Below, piece by piece: positions 1-14,474 of a stretch of 64,000 nucleotides of DNA. Position 1 is the first letter of the stretch. Each line of letters opens with the position of its first letter. The position numbers and the translations under genes were made by a program. The notes under the pieces were generated by a model, which saw only the letters and a program-made list of their open reading frames with translations, had not been told where the DNA came from and searched no databases. The DNA comes from Octopus sinensis (taxonomy: Eukaryota). Where the stretch lies: the NCBI RefSeq assembly GCF_006345805.1, contig NC_042997.1, forward strand, positions 112,840,001 to 112,904,000, in the 5' to 3' direction.

Positions 1-398
1 CAGTATTTTTCGACTCTTATGTATACTTCAGACAAATATAACATCTGCATACAGATTTTGGAATACTGGAATAAGCAGAAGTGATTCAAGTGGACACAGC
101 TTGGATTTTAACCATATATACATAATATATATATAGAGAGAGAGAGAGACAGAGAGAGAGAGAAAATGTAGTGATCCGTGAAAGAAAATTCAACAAAAAA
201 AGTACTCCATCTGGTGAGAGATAGATATTATTTATTTAAAGGTCACAATATATGTATTAAAGCGCTACTAATACATGTATCACTTTAACCCATATATGCC
301 AATAAAAAAATGAAGTCTTAAAATTTCACTGTTATTTAGATTAAATGTTATGGTAAGCTTTTACAATCTGGAAGAGAAGGACAGGATGCAAGTGTTAG

Positions 399-465
399 CT
401 ATGGGTGTCGACTACCGACTGAACGTTTTGTAGGCTCAGTCAGATGCTTCCTGGCGAGTTCATGT
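399..465 (-). CDS. Candidate exon, possibly terminal (xHELARKHLTEPTKRSVGSRHP*)
   Basis: Acceptor cctgctcctacttgtttag| at 466, 4 CpGs in about 70 nt, open only in the phase-2 frame, and AATAAA on the minus strand near 231-240. No homology was recognised. Confidence 0.35.
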
Positions 466-574
466 CTAAACAAGTAGGAGCAGGTTTTATGTTGCAAAAA
501 TGCAACCAGGGGTATATATGGGTTTTAATACATGTATTGTGACCTTTAGATAAATAATATCTCTCTCTCTCTAT

Positions 575-646
575 CTAAATATATATATTCATTCATCCAT
601 CTATCTGTCTGTCTGTCTATCTATCTATCTTTCCGTCTATCTATTA

Positions 647-685
<39 letters not shown>

Positions 686-1005
686 GGTCTTTCTATCTAT
701 CTGTCTTTCTATCTATCTTTCTTCCTTTCTATTTTTCTATCTATCTATCTATTTATCTATCTAGCCATCTATTTATTTTCCCATCTGTCTATCTATCTAT
801 CTGTCTATTTATCCGTCCGTCCATCCATCCAGACAGACAGATATAGATAGATAAATAGATAGACAGATAGATAGATAGATAAATAGACAGACAGATAGAT
901 AGACAGACAGATAGATAGATAAATAGACAGACAGATAGACAGACAGACAGACAGACAGATAGATAGATGGGTACATAGATGGGTAGATAGGTGGGTGGAT
1001 GAATA
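575..1005. repeat. (TCTA/TCTG)n followed by (TAGA/CAGA)n microsatellite
   Basis: Directly visible; the strand switches at about 820-830. Confidence 0.9.
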
Positions 1006-2115
1006 TTCTCATTATAATCATCATTTTGACATCCACTTCTCCATGCTTGCATAGGTCAGATAGAATTTGCTGAGGCAGATTTTCAACATCCAGATGCCCT
1101 TCCTGACATCAACCCTCACTCATCCTCAGGTAAGGTATTATTTCCCCATGGCCAGACATGTTTTTCACGAGAGACTGGAGACGAAGGGCACTACTTGTAT
1201 GATGTTTACACTCATTTCCAACTATCACACAACATTAAGAAAAGACACACACACAAGGGGCTTCTTTCAGTTTCCACCCACCGAATCCACTCACAAGGCT
1301 TTGGTTAAACAGGGGACATAGAGTAGTAGCAGAGACTTGCCCATGGTGCCATGCAGTGAGAGTGAACCCCAAACCATGCCACACCTGTAAACAATAATTA
1401 CAATTCACAGAAAATCATTCTAATGAGATTATTAAAATATTTTAACCATCTGAGGAATAAATGAAAAAAGAAAAATGATAGGAAAGACTGTAAAATGATG
1501 GTAGTGGAGGTAGGGGTAACGGTCTGAAACGATGCCAAAAAGGAGTGAACTACAGATCAGATTGAACTCAGATTTCTCTCTCACTCTCTTTCTTTCTGTA
1601 CACGTGTATGTGTGTGTGTGTGGAAATGTGTGTTCCAAAGTATTGCCAATCCTTAGCACACACTGACAACCATCAAAGTTGTTAGTAGCTTCCAAAATGC
1701 AAATTTCTTCGTTACTTGACATTTTCAGGTATTATGGTAAAGAAGAAGGCAGAAAAACAAAATTCCTGGTTATTCCTTTACATGTTTCAGTCATTTCACT
1801 GCAGCCATGCTGGAGCACCACCTTGGGTCAAACAAATCAACTCCCAGAACTTATTCCTTGTAAGCCTAGTACTTATTCTATCAGACTCTTTTGCTGAACC
1901 GCTACATTTCAAGGACAAACACAGACACACACACATATATATGACAGGCTTCTTTCAGTTTCCGTCTGCCAAATTCACTCACAAGACTTTGGTCAGCCCG
2001 AGGCTATAGTAGAAGAAAATGGCCCAAGGTGCTACACAGTGGGACTGAACCTGGAACCATATGGTTGGGAAGCATGCTTCTTACCACACAGCCATGCTGC
2101 TACACCTATATTTAC

Positions 2116-2284
2116 AACATCTTATTTACATTATTTACAGTTGAAGGATATTTGTCCTCATCTTGTTTGTTGTTAAAACAATGTTTTGGCTAATATATCC
2201 TCCAGCCTTCATCAGGTGTCTTGGGGAAATATCGAACCTGGGTTCTCATTCCTAAGGTAATTTCCAATGTTATTATTATTATTA

Positions 2285-2327
<43 letters not shown>

Positions 2328-2415
2328 CATCAACAGCAAACAAGATGAAGAGAAATATCCATCAAATGTAAATAATTCCTCATCTCCTAAATATAGAACT
2401 GTAGCATCTCATTTA
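2116..2415. mobile_element. Second locus of the hammerhead-bearing palindromic element (internally deleted)
   Basis: Minus arm contains GACAC-CTGATGA-A-GGCTG-loop-TAGCC-AAAAC-ATT-GTTTT, then an (ATT)n centre and a plus-strand tail ending tagaactgt. TSD-like aacatcttattta / agcatctcattta flank it. Confidence 0.65.
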
Positions 2416-2530
2416 GTCTTGAGTTAAGCCTTTTGATACCAAACTAACAGGGATCATCCCGGATTAACCCTTTTGTTACTATGTTTCAGTTAAAATACAT
2501 TACTTTTGTTGTTTTTTTTCTTTGTTTCAG

Positions 2531-2756
2531 TTAACCCTTTAGCATTTAAACCAGCTATATCCAGCCTAAATAATTTATGTTCTATATTCAAACAGGCCAT
2601 GTCCAGCTTTTCAAACCTACCCTACAATGTCATTGCAAAATCAAACAATTACATTATTGAAATCCTGAAGCAACAAGGTAATGCAGGATTAACAGAAAAC
2701 AATGTAAATAAAGAAGCGTTACGCTCGACAGAGTAATCTGGATGCTGAAGGATTAA
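2531..2756. mobile_element. piggyBac-like MITE (TTAA ends)
   Basis: Left end ttaaccctttagcat; the right end atgctgaaggattaa has reverse complement ttaatccttcagcat (13/15 match). Confidence 0.6.
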
Positions 2757-5700
2757 TTTTGAAAATAATGAAGAGTTTGGTAAAATCCCTGGCATTATTA
2801 AGCTGGTGGATGAAGTGGCGAACTGGCAGAATAGTTAGCATGCTGGGGGAGTATTTCGTCTGTCTTCACAATCTGGGTTCAAATTCCGCTGAGGTTGACT
2901 TTGTCTTTCAACCTTTTTACACTTCCAGTCTACCAAATCCACACACTAGGGGCTTCAATCAGCCCAAGGTTATGTTAGAAGACACTTGTCCAAGGTGCCA
3001 GACAGTGGGACTGAATCTGGAACCATGTGGTTGAGAAGCAAGTTTTTTACCACACAATCCATACACACACACATTGTTTGAAAGACCTTTGGAGATAGAA
3101 TACCAGACTTTAACAAAAAAAGAAAAAAAGTACAGGGATTGATTCATTTGACTAAAATTCTTCAAGGTGATGCTCCAGCATGGTCTCAGTCTGACGACTG
3201 ATACAAGTAAAAGAATAAAAAAAAACAATCACTACTCCAACATCCACATCAAGATGAAGGATCAAAAAAGGTTGAAAGGCAAAGTCAACCTCAGCGAAAT
3301 TAGGTACCAGTTATGCACTAGGATCAATGTAATCGACTAAAATATCAGGTCCTGTGCCTTTAGTAAAAAAGGTCATTAAGCTGGGGGATGGAAGGCACGG
3401 AATTTTGATGCAAGGCTTTGATTTAGATCGCTTTAATTCCTTTGTAACCAAATATTATCTTACTTGGAAAAAGATGAGGGTTGGTCACAGAAAAAGCATC
3501 CAGCCACAGAAGTAATTGTTAAAACAATGATGGAGAGAGAGAGAGAGATGCTCATAGGTTCACACTGCTGTGAATTGCAATGCTTGGTGACCTTACTAGT
3601 GCTGGTGTCCCACTACGCTCTGTAAAGTGGCAGGCACTAAGAAGAGCATCCAGCCATACAAACAATACCAAAGCAGGTACTGGAGTATGATACGGTCCAC
3701 TAATTCATTGAATCCTGCTGAGCTGTCCAACATTTTCCAGCATGGAAGACAGACTTTAAATCATGATGATGATGATGATAGCTCAGTGTAATCAGTTACA
3801 GTATAGAAATGCATGTATTTTAACATCTACTTTGTCCTGCTTGCATGCGTTGGATGGAATTTCTTGAAGCAAATTTTTCTATGGCTGGATGCCCTTCCTG
3901 TCACCAACCTTCACCTGTTTCCTTATGACCAGGCATATCTCAGACTGAGAATGCAAGACACTGCTTGCATGAAGGTGACACTTGCTTACAACTAGCACAG
4001 TAATACACACACACATTGGCTTCTTTCAGTTTCATCATTGCTTAATGTCCGCTTTCCATGCTGGCATGGGTAGGACAGTTTGACTGAGGTCTGGAAAACC
4101 AGGAGGCTGCACCAGACTCCAATCTGATCTGGCAATGTTTCTACAACTGGATGCCCTTTCTAATGCCAACCACTCTGAGAGCCTAATGGGAGCTTTTTAT
4201 GTACAACCGGCATGGAGGCCAGTCAGGCAGTCCTGGCAGCGATCTCGTTTGGATAGTGCTTTTTATGTGCCACTGGCAAGGGAGCCAGTCAGGCGGGCCT
4301 GGCATCAATCACAAATCCACTCACAAGGCCTGGTATTCAATCAGGGAACATAAACACACCAACACCTGTTGTCAAGCAGGGGTGGGGGACAAAAACAGAC
4401 ACAAGGACACACACACACACACACATAAGAGAGATTAAGAGTGAGAGGCTTAATGAGTAATCCAATTAAAGTAGGCACACACCTGGAGCTATATTAGAAG
4501 ACTCTTGCTCAAGATGCCATAAACTAGGACTGAACCTGAAACCAAGTGGTTGGGAAGCAAACTTCTTACCACACAACCAAACCTGCACCTGTGTTAGAGA
4601 ATTTAACTTACTGTTCAAAATTTTTACAGTTTTTATCAAAATTTTAAAAAGAATATTTATTAATGTTATATCATAAAAAAATTTCAGGCAATATTTCCAG
4701 AAATATCAAGATGATATAAGAAGTGTAACTCTTTTCTAATAATCATCATCATCATTGTTGTTTAACGTCCGCTTTCTATGCTGGCATGGGTCGGACGGTT
4801 CGATTGAGAACTGGCAAGCCAGAAGGCTGCACCAGGCTCCAATCTGATCTGGCAAAGTTTCTACAGCTGGATGCCTTTCCTTATGCCAACCACTCTGAGA
4901 GTGTAGTGGGTGCTTTTACATGCCACCAGCATGAGGGCCAGTCAGGTGGTACTGGCAATGACCATGTCAAAAGGTGTTTTTACATGCCACCTCCACAGGA
5001 GCCAGTCCGGCAGTACTGGCAACAATGACGCTCAAATGTTGCTTTTCATGTGCCACTGGCACATATGCCAGTAAGGCGACACTGGTAAAGATCACTCTCG
5101 AATGGTGCTTTTTACGTGCCACCGACACTGGAGCCAGTCAGCAGCCTTGGCAACGATCATACTTGGAAGGTGCTTTTAACGTTTCACTGGCATGAGTGCC
5201 AATCAGGCGGTACTGTCATTGGCCACGTCAACGATTTTGATTTCACTTGCCTCAACAGGTCATTGCAAGCAAAGTTTATAGTCCAATGAATGAAGGATAC
5301 TCATAAGTGGGCTGGTTATACACCACTGGCATAGGCCATGGGTTATGGTCTCACTTGGCTTGCCGGGTCTTCTCAAGCACAGTATATCTCCAAAGGTCTT
5401 TCAGACAATGTATGTGTGTGTGTGTTTGTGTGTATGGATTGTGTGGTAAAAAACTTGCTTCTCAACCACATGGTTCTGGGTTCAGTCCCACTGTCTGGCA
5501 CCTTGGACAAGTGTCTTCTAACATAACCTTGGGCTGACTGAAGCCTAGTGTGTGGATTTGGTAGAATGGAAGTGAAAGAAACCCACTGTGTGTGTGTGTG
5601 TGCATGCGTGTCCTTGTGTCTGTCTTTGTCCCCCAAGCCCTGCTTGACAACAGGTGTTGGTGTGTTTATGTCCCCTGTAACTTAGCAGTTTGGCAAAGGA

Positions 5701-6272
5701 GACTGATAGAATACCAGACTTTAACAAAAAAAAAAATGTACAGGGATTGATTCATTTGACTAAAATTCTTCAAGGTGATGCTCCAGCATGGTCGCAGTCT
5801 GATGACTGATACAAGTAAAAGAATAAAAAAAAAACAATCACTACTACGACATCCACATCAAGGTGGAGGATCAAAAAACTACACGTCTGCATGTTAAGTA
5901 CCTAACAGCTTGTAAATTGCTTTATCTGCAGAATCATGTGAAACAAGCATATAAAGAGTGATTAAGAGTGAGTAGCTTAATGAGTAATCCAATTAAAGTA
6001 GGCACACAGTGAGGGAGGGAATGCAATTTAATATTTAAATCTGCTAAACACAAGCCACAAACTGAGAACAGATTGCTCTGTGCATCTGATATAAAAAATA
6101 GAACTAAGTTTGCAGTGTAAAGAATAGGCGCAGGAGTGGCTGTGTGGTAAGTAGCTTGCTTACCAACCACATGGGTCCGGGTTCAGTCCCACTGCATGTC
6201 TTCTACTATAGCCTCGGGCTGACCAAAGCTTTGTGAGTGGATTTGGTAGACAGGAATTGAAAGAAGCCTGTC

Positions 6273-6303
<31 letters not shown>

Positions 6304-9300
6304 ACTGTGTTTCACAACCAATGTTGGTGTGTTTATGTGCCCGTAACTTAGTGGTTCGACAAAAGACACCGATAGAATAAGTCCAGGAATTGATTTGTTC
6401 AACTAAAGGTGGTGCTCCAGCATGGCCACAGTCAAATGACGGAAACAAATGAAAGCATCAAAAAATTAGCAGCATTTAATTAGATGATATAACTGGCACT
6501 CCGTTGGTTATGGTGACGAGGGTTCCAGTTGATCCAATCGACAGAATAGCCTGCTTGTGAAATTAATGTGCAGGTGGCTGAGTACTCCACAGACATGCAT
6601 ACCCTTAATGTAGTTCTCAGAGAGATTCAGTGTAATACAGAATGTGACAAGGCTGGCCCTTTGCAATCACAGGTACAAGTCATTTTTGCCAGCAGAGTGG
6701 ACTGAAGTAACGTGAAGTAAAATGTCTTGCTCATTATCTGTCCCCTTAAAATTTAGGGGACCTTGTGCCCCATGTTTGTAAATTTCATCTATATTTCTTA
6801 TTTATAAAAATGAAAGAAATGATAATGCCTATAACTCATCAAATTTCTTAATTTTTTTTTTCTCACTCCTAACTATTGTGAAACATGAATTTCTCTATTA
6901 CTAACCAGACTCTGTTCATCATCATCATCATCATCTTCAGCACCATTATCATCATCAGTTGATGTCTGCATTTCCATGCCAGCATGGATCAGATGGTATT
7001 TGTTGAGGCAGATTTTATACAGCCAGATGCCTATCCAGTTGCCAACCCTCGCCTGTTTCCATGCAACAATATTTTCCCCTCTGGCCAGACATGATTTTCA
7101 CAGGGGACAGATAGTTGATTATATCCACACCAGTATTTGACTGGTACTTTATTTTATCTAACCCCACCATTGAACAACGAAAGGCAAAGTTGGTTTCCTA
7201 GTGAGAACTGAATTCAGGACATGAAGAGATGTAACTAAATATTATAAGGCATTTCACTAGTTGCTTTACCATTTCTGTTACTCCACCATCCTGAAATTGC
7301 TAATGATACTGCTAACATACCAATATGTATATATGGCATATAAACAACTGAAACAGACCCTAACTAAGTCAACATGTCACACTATCTCTAAAAATGACTG
7401 ATGAATTAACTAACCTGTTACTTCAGCTACCTACTCTGAAGATATGAAATAGAAACTGTAAGACAGAAGAAAGAGGAAAATTGTTCAATAGCAGACAATA
7501 CTGTTAAAATGGAGCAAACACAAGGTCACTCAGCCCTCTGAAAACAGCAGCCATAAACTCTTATTACATCCTACTGTTTTAAATAAAAATTATACTAAAC
7601 AATATGGTTCCTGATATACAAATGGTGGGGTTGTTTTGAGAAGAACACCTTTCATCATCTCATCTGAGAACATGCAACAACAAAGTTTACTTTGTGCAGA
7701 AGAATGAAAACCTCTGGAGGGTGTTCAGCCAGGAAGATATAGCAGCCAATTTTTCCTCAACTTAAATTCTACCATTTTAAATAAAGAACAATTTGGATAA
7801 TGCACTCCCCACATATTCAAACAAGTAATCAGCATGCATACAAATATCTATGTATGTGCATGCACGCATACATACATCAAAAAGTTAGTCAGAAATAATG
7901 GAACACCACATAAATTTTCAGTCAGCAAAATAGTGTCACTTGAATCTTACACAATTCTCTGTGTTCTCACTAGTCAAAATTTAAATGTGTAATATAGGAG
8001 TGGCTGTGTGGTAAGAAGCTTGTTTCTCAACCACATGGTTCCGGGTTCAGTCCCACTGCATGGCACCTTGAGCGAGTGTCTTCTACTATAGCCTCAGTCT
8101 GACCAAAGCCTTGTGAGTGGATCTGGTAGATGGGAACTGAAAGAAACCTGTTGTATATATATGTATACATATGTATGTATGTATGTATATACGTATTTGT
8201 GTGTCTGTGTTTGTCCCTCCACCTTTGCTTGACAGCCAATGTTGGTGTGCTTATGTCCCTGTAACTTAGCAGTTTGGCAAAAGTAACCGATAAAACAAAT
8301 GCTAGGCTTACAGAGAATAAGTCCTGGGGTCAATTTGTTTGACTGAAGGTGGTGCTCCAGCATGGTCGCTGTGAAGCGACTGAAACAAATAAAAGAATAT
8401 AAAATTGAATTTCTGTCTGTCTGTCAGAATGAAAGCAAAAACAGCAAATCTGTACAAGTAGTCCCACCCTGGTTCAGATTCGAAACTGAATCTTTCAATT
8501 CTCCTTGAGCATTTAGCCTATTTAAACGTCAAAAGGAACTGTGATAAACGGGTGTTCCACTTGATCTGTAGCCTTTTCTTCAGTGCCATCGCACAGTCAC
8601 CTGGATTCGGTAAAGCTATTGTTCTATATAACTCTTTTTCTAGCTTATCAGTTCAGGTATAAAATATACAAACTTCTTTGAGATGGGCAGAGAGAATCTG
8701 ACAGCAAAGTGAGATGCATGACACACACACACAGAACTTGACAGGGAAACAAAAAAACATTGACACACCCACAAAAAGACAATTTACACATGCATTCTGA
8801 CTTGGCTTACAGATCTACTTCGCTTTAACTACCGACTGTTATAGTTAAACTTCTCTATCACACAATGAGGCTGTCCTTTCTGTCTCTATCACTTCACTCC
8901 TTTTCTCTATGGTTAAGAGAGTGAAGGTGCGTGGCTCAGTGGTTAGGGGTATTCAACCACAATCGTAAAGTTATGAATACGATTCCCTGTAGTGCGCCGT
9001 CTTCTTGAGCAAAGTACTCTATTTCACCTCGCTGCAGTCCACTCAGCTGGCAAAAATGAGTTGTACTCGTAATTCAAAGGGGCCAGCCTTGTCACATTCT
9101 GTGTGAGGCCAAATCTCCCAGAGAACTCCCTTATGGTACACATGCTTGTGGAGTACTCAGCCATTTGCAAAATTAATTTTATCCTCATGTGGTAATGAAA
9201 AGTGAAAGTGATATCCAATATTTGCTGTAGATGTCTTTAATTTAACAATGTGTCTATGTATCAACTTTCTTTTGATCTATGTATTTACTGTCTCTCTCAC

Positions 9301-10724
9301 TTTCTCTCCTTCTCTCTCACTTCCGCTTTTAATTTAACAATGTGTGTACGTATCTATGTATCAACTTTTCTTGTGATGTGATAGACATTTAAAAACACAA
9401 AACGAACGCCGCCGTCACCACTCATTGTTTCTCTCACTCTCTCTTTCTCTCATTCTTTCTCACTTCCTCTCTGCCCTCCTCTCTCCTGCTTTGCCTCTCA
9501 CTTCTTTTGAGGTAAAGTGTTACACACACCACAGTACAGACATACAAAAACAAGAAGTTGGCGTATTCATATTATTGATTATTTCAAATTTTTGCCACAA
9601 GGGCAGCTTGGAGGATGTGAGGATTTGTCAATTACATCGACCCCAGTGCGTAACTGGTACTTATTTAATCGACCCCGAAAGGATGAAAGGCAGTCGACCT
9701 CGGCAGAATTTGAACTCAGAATGTAGTGGCAAACGAAATACCACTAATGATTCTGCCAGCACCTTAATAATAATAATAATAATAATAATAATCATCATCA
9801 TCATCGTTTAACGTCTGCTTTCCATGCTAGCATGGGTTGGACGATTTTGACTGAGGGTTGGCGAACCAGCTGGCTGCACCAGGCTCCAATCTTGATCTGG
9901 CAGAGTTTCTACAGTTGGATGCCCCTAACAACAACAATTTGTTTTAAACAATCAAAGTCATACATTTAAAATTTAGACTGATTGACCAAAGAATGTAAAT
10001 AACATTTTGTTTTTAAACAACTGTTGCCAGTAATTAAAAAAGGCAATAACCTTCACACATAGATTCACTTCAAATGATATCTTAATTAAAATCCTATCAT
10101 GCTGAAAATGGATTAATAATCAAGATAACGAGATGTAATTATGTTACTAATTGTGTTTTCTACAATATGATTTATCAGACTGTAAGGACCCTCTTTGTTG
10201 TGAAACATTTAATAAAATTAAACAAATGAGCTAATAAAGAAGCCTCTACGGGATTGTCTGACTTGCTAGAAATAGCAGCTAAATTTCTCAAAACAGTTCC
10301 ACACTCATTAGTGTTAACTCATATCTGAGTAGCAGATATGTAGCCAGTGACTGAGCCTTTTCTGGCCAGGGTAGGGATAGAAGAGCTGGGGGCATTTGAT
10401 ACAGAGGAAAGTTGGGGAGATCCACATTGCCACTAAAATAAAAAAAAATTTTTTAAACTGAAGGATGCAGGAGATAAGGATTGTAGATATTTGATGGCTT
10501 AGGGGACACAAACACTCACACAAACGCACATATGCCCTACCACACACACACAATTTAACCAATGCTAGCATAGGACATGGAAAGATGAAGAGAAGAAGAA
10601 AATGAATCTTCCACAAGAGAAGTTGCAGCAATGAAATGGAAGAACAAGAAAGGCACCTCTTTCTCTGTCTTTCTCTCATCAACCATTTGCAATTCAAAAA
10701 TGATGGAAGTTAAGAAATTGAGGT

Positions 10725-11080
10725 CAGAGCTGGATTAAGGGCCACAGAGGTCCTAAGCATGTAGAAGCTTGTGGTAACCCCTTATATGTGTAATTTCAAA
10801 ATATAAACAATTATAAACCATAAAATACATTTTTATTTTTTAAAATGAAACAAAACTTAGAGTAAGATGGAAAATAATGTTTATTTTTGTATACTTCCAT
10901 TTTATTTATATTTGAAAATTTTTCTACTACTTTTTTTAAAATTGCAAAGTCTTTGATCAGATCCTTAAAATTAATCATACATAATGCATCTGCTTCTATA
11001 CTAAGTAGAGATAAGGCATCCCAAATATTAAGTTTAACAAGTTTAAAGTGATTTCTTTTGTGCTGTAAACCATTTACCAT
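10725..11080 (-). mobile_element. hAT transposon 3' end remnant (transposase C-terminal dimerisation region plus TIR)
   Basis: ORF 10811-11080 contains LSLLSIEADALCMINFKDLIKDFA, resembling the end of hAT transposases (L.LLSIE.D....I.F.D.I.DFA). A terminal cagagctggattaag lies at 10725. Confidence 0.7.
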
Positions 11081-12063
11081 TTCTTTGGTGCCCGACTGGC
11101 TCCTGTGCTGGTGACACCTAAAAAAGCACCTGCTACACTCTCAGAGTGGTTGGTGTTAGGAAGGGCATCCAGCTGCATAAACTTTGCTAAATCATATTGG
11201 AGCCTGGTGCAGCCTCCTGGCTTGCCATTCCTCGGTCAAACTGTCCAACCCATGGCAGCATAGAAAGCAGACGTTAAACGACAACGATGACAATGATGAG
11301 TGCCTGACTAACCAACTACTCCCATGGAGAAGATGATAAAAATAATAGGGAACTCTTTTTGTTTTTTGAAGTTTGCTTCCCAGATTTAATCTCACAGCGA
11401 GGTACCTTGGGCAAGTTCTTCTACAACAGCTTTGGCTTGACCAAAATCTTGTGAGTGGATTTTGTAGGTGGAAACTGCTTAGAGTTAGATTGTGTAACAC
11501 ACTATGTATCAGGGTATCCATGTGGAAATATCTAAGCTAATAAAATAAAAATAATTCTGTAACTTTACAATGCAACATAAATAATCTCCTTTCTACTCTA
11601 GGCACAAGGCCTGAAATTTGGGGGAGGGGACTATTCGATTACATTGAGCCTGGTGTTTCACTGGTACTTGATTTATCAACCCTGAAAGGATGAAAGGCAA
11701 AGTTGATTGCGGCAGATGACATACTGCTCAATACAACATAAATAATAAAATGGTAAATTTAAGATGTATTAATCGTAAAAATCAGTGCTATTTTTTTTTT
11801 AATAATATATTTTATCTTTTACTTGTTCCAGTTATTAGACTGCAACCATGCTGGAGCATCATCTCAAAGAATTTTTAGTTAAATAAATCACCCCAGTACT
11901 TTTATCTTTTAAAAGCCTGGTATTTATTTTATCAGTATCTTTTGCTGAACTGCTAAGTTACAGGAACATAAACAAACCAAGACTGGCTATCAAGTGGTGG
12001 TGGGGACAAACACAGACACATATAATCATATCTACCTACCTACCCCTCTCTCTCTCTCATATG

Positions 12064-12102
<39 letters not shown>

Positions 12103-12614
12103 GGCATATACGGATTTCAAGATTTTCCTACTAAAGTTACTTACCAAAATCAAATGTAAATAATGTACATAATTCCTCATCTCTTAAATATAGAACTGTA
12201 CACATGCATATATCTTTCTGAAGAATTTTTCTGATATTAATTTCCTGATATTATTTCACAATATATTATATATAATCGCTCGTATTAAATGTATAAATAC
12301 TTTAATAGTATTAATACTTTGATACAAAAGAACACTCACTGTAAATTCAGTATAGAATATTCATATAGAATATCACCACAACTTTCTCTCACTCTTACTT
12401 CCTGTTTCTGTTGTACCTGTATTTCAAAAGGGCCGGCCTTGTCACTCTCTGTGTCACGCAGAATATCCCCGAGAACTACGTTAAGGGTACACGTGTCTGT
12501 GGAGTGCTCAGCCACTTACACGTTAATTTCACGAGCAGGCTGTTCCGTTGATCGGATCAACCGGAACCCTCGTCGTCGTAACCGACGGAGTGCCTAAGAG
12601 AAGATTTAACTAAA

Positions 12615-12672
<58 letters not shown>

Positions 12673-14474
12673 GCTTCTTTCGATTTCTGCCTACCAATCC
12701 ACTGACAAGTCTTTGGTCAGCCTGAGGATAAAGTAGAAGACACTTACCCAAGGTGCCACACAGTGGAACTGAACCTGGAACCAAGTGGCTGGGAAGCAAA
12801 CTTTTTACCATACAGCCATGCCTGTACCTATTTGAATTTTTTCTTTTATTCTTTCATTCGTTTCAGTCATTTGGCTGTGGTCATGCTGGTGCACTGCCTT
12901 TAGTCAAACAAACTGACCCCAGGACTTATTCTTTGTGAGCCTAGTATTTATCCTATCGGTCAGTTTTGCTGAACTGCCAAGTTATGGGGACGTAAACACA
13001 CCAACATCGGTTGTCAAGCGATGATGGAGGGACAAACACAGACACACAAACACACACACACGCACATATATATACACAATGGGCTTCTTTCAGTTTCCGT
13101 CTACCTAATCCACTCACAAGTCTTTGGTCAACCTGAGGCTATAGAAGAAGACACTGACCCAAGGTGCCACACAGTGGAACTGAACCTGGAACCATGTGGC
13201 TGTGAAGCAAGCTTTTTATCATACAGCCACACCTGCACCTATTTTAATTAATTAATTTTTTTCTATATCTTCCTATGTCAAAAGGATATAAAAATAATAA
13301 TATTGTAACTTTAGAATCTTCAATACCACGAATTACAAATGCATGAACCATAAATGAAATCAAATAACATACATTATCTTTTGTTATATTTCCCTCTGTT
13401 TTGCTATTAAAATAAGAATATAAAAAAATGATGATGATGATGCTGAATACAGACAAATAAAACTCTTCACTAACAAAAAGAAAGATACAGAGAGGGAGTA
13501 ATTGGAAATTTATAATCATGTAAATGGGAAAATGGTGATGAAGACACAGAAATGGTCGTAGTGGACCCTGCTGTGGCATTTCAAGTATTCTGCATCATGG
13601 GAGACATACCCTGATTTAGGAAATGTAGTTTTGGGTGAAATATTTTTTATACTCTTTTACTTGTTTCAGTCATTTGACTGTGGCCATGCTGGAGCACCGC
13701 CTTTAGTCGAGCAGATTGACCCCAGGACTTATTCTTTGTAAGCCTAGTACTTATTCTATCGGTCTCTTTTGCCGAACTGCTAAGTTACGGGAACATAAAC
13801 ACACCAGCATCGGTTCAAGCGATGTTGGGTGGACAAACACAGACACACACATACATATATAAATATATACATATATACGATGGGCTTCTTTTAGTTTCCG
13901 TCTACCAAATTCACTCACAAGGCTTTGGTTGGCCTGAGGCTATAGTAGAAGACATTTGACCAAGGTGCCATGCAGTGGGACTGAACCCGGAACCATGTGG
14001 TTCATAAGCAAGCTACTTACCACACAGCTACTCCTACACCATAAAGCTTTGTCTATATACAAAGGAACAGAGCCTAGCAAGCACACAATAAATACCTGTT
14101 ATCAGACAAACTTGGCAGACAACCCATCAGAATGCTCATAGCTGTCATTGAATGAAATCCAACCATGCCACCTACACTGTTTGCTGCCAGCTGTTATTAG
14201 AGTACACAACACTAGGCTCTTTGCTTTAAGTGCTCTGTGTTTATTTATACAACATACCAGGGTGATTATACCACACCCACCACTGCTGGCCACCTACTGG
14301 CTACCAGTGCCTGACTACAACTGCCACTGACCACCCTGTTTATACAACAACACACTGCAGAGTGCTGCTTGAATGTGGTCAGGGCCTTGACTGACCCAGT
14401 CGGGTCATTATATATCACCAATTTTTAATCAAGAATCTGTAAAAGAAGTAGAAATCTTTAATATAACAGTCACA

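Noticed and set aside
4900-5230. Regular ~55-bp repeats superficially like a CRISPR array; also 28189-28911
   Set aside because: The units are degenerate tandem copies inside a SINE (or MITEs with identical spacers), with no unique spacers and no cas genes, in a eukaryotic context.
10314-10440. Acceptor ttttattttag with open frames on the minus strand
   Set aside because: All three frames are open because of base composition, so this is uninformative.
13510-13610. Minus-strand acceptor (ttcctaaatcag) with frame YVSHDAEYLKCHSRVHYDHFCVFITIFPFT*
   Set aside because: There is no donor and no recognisable homology, so it cannot be distinguished from chance.
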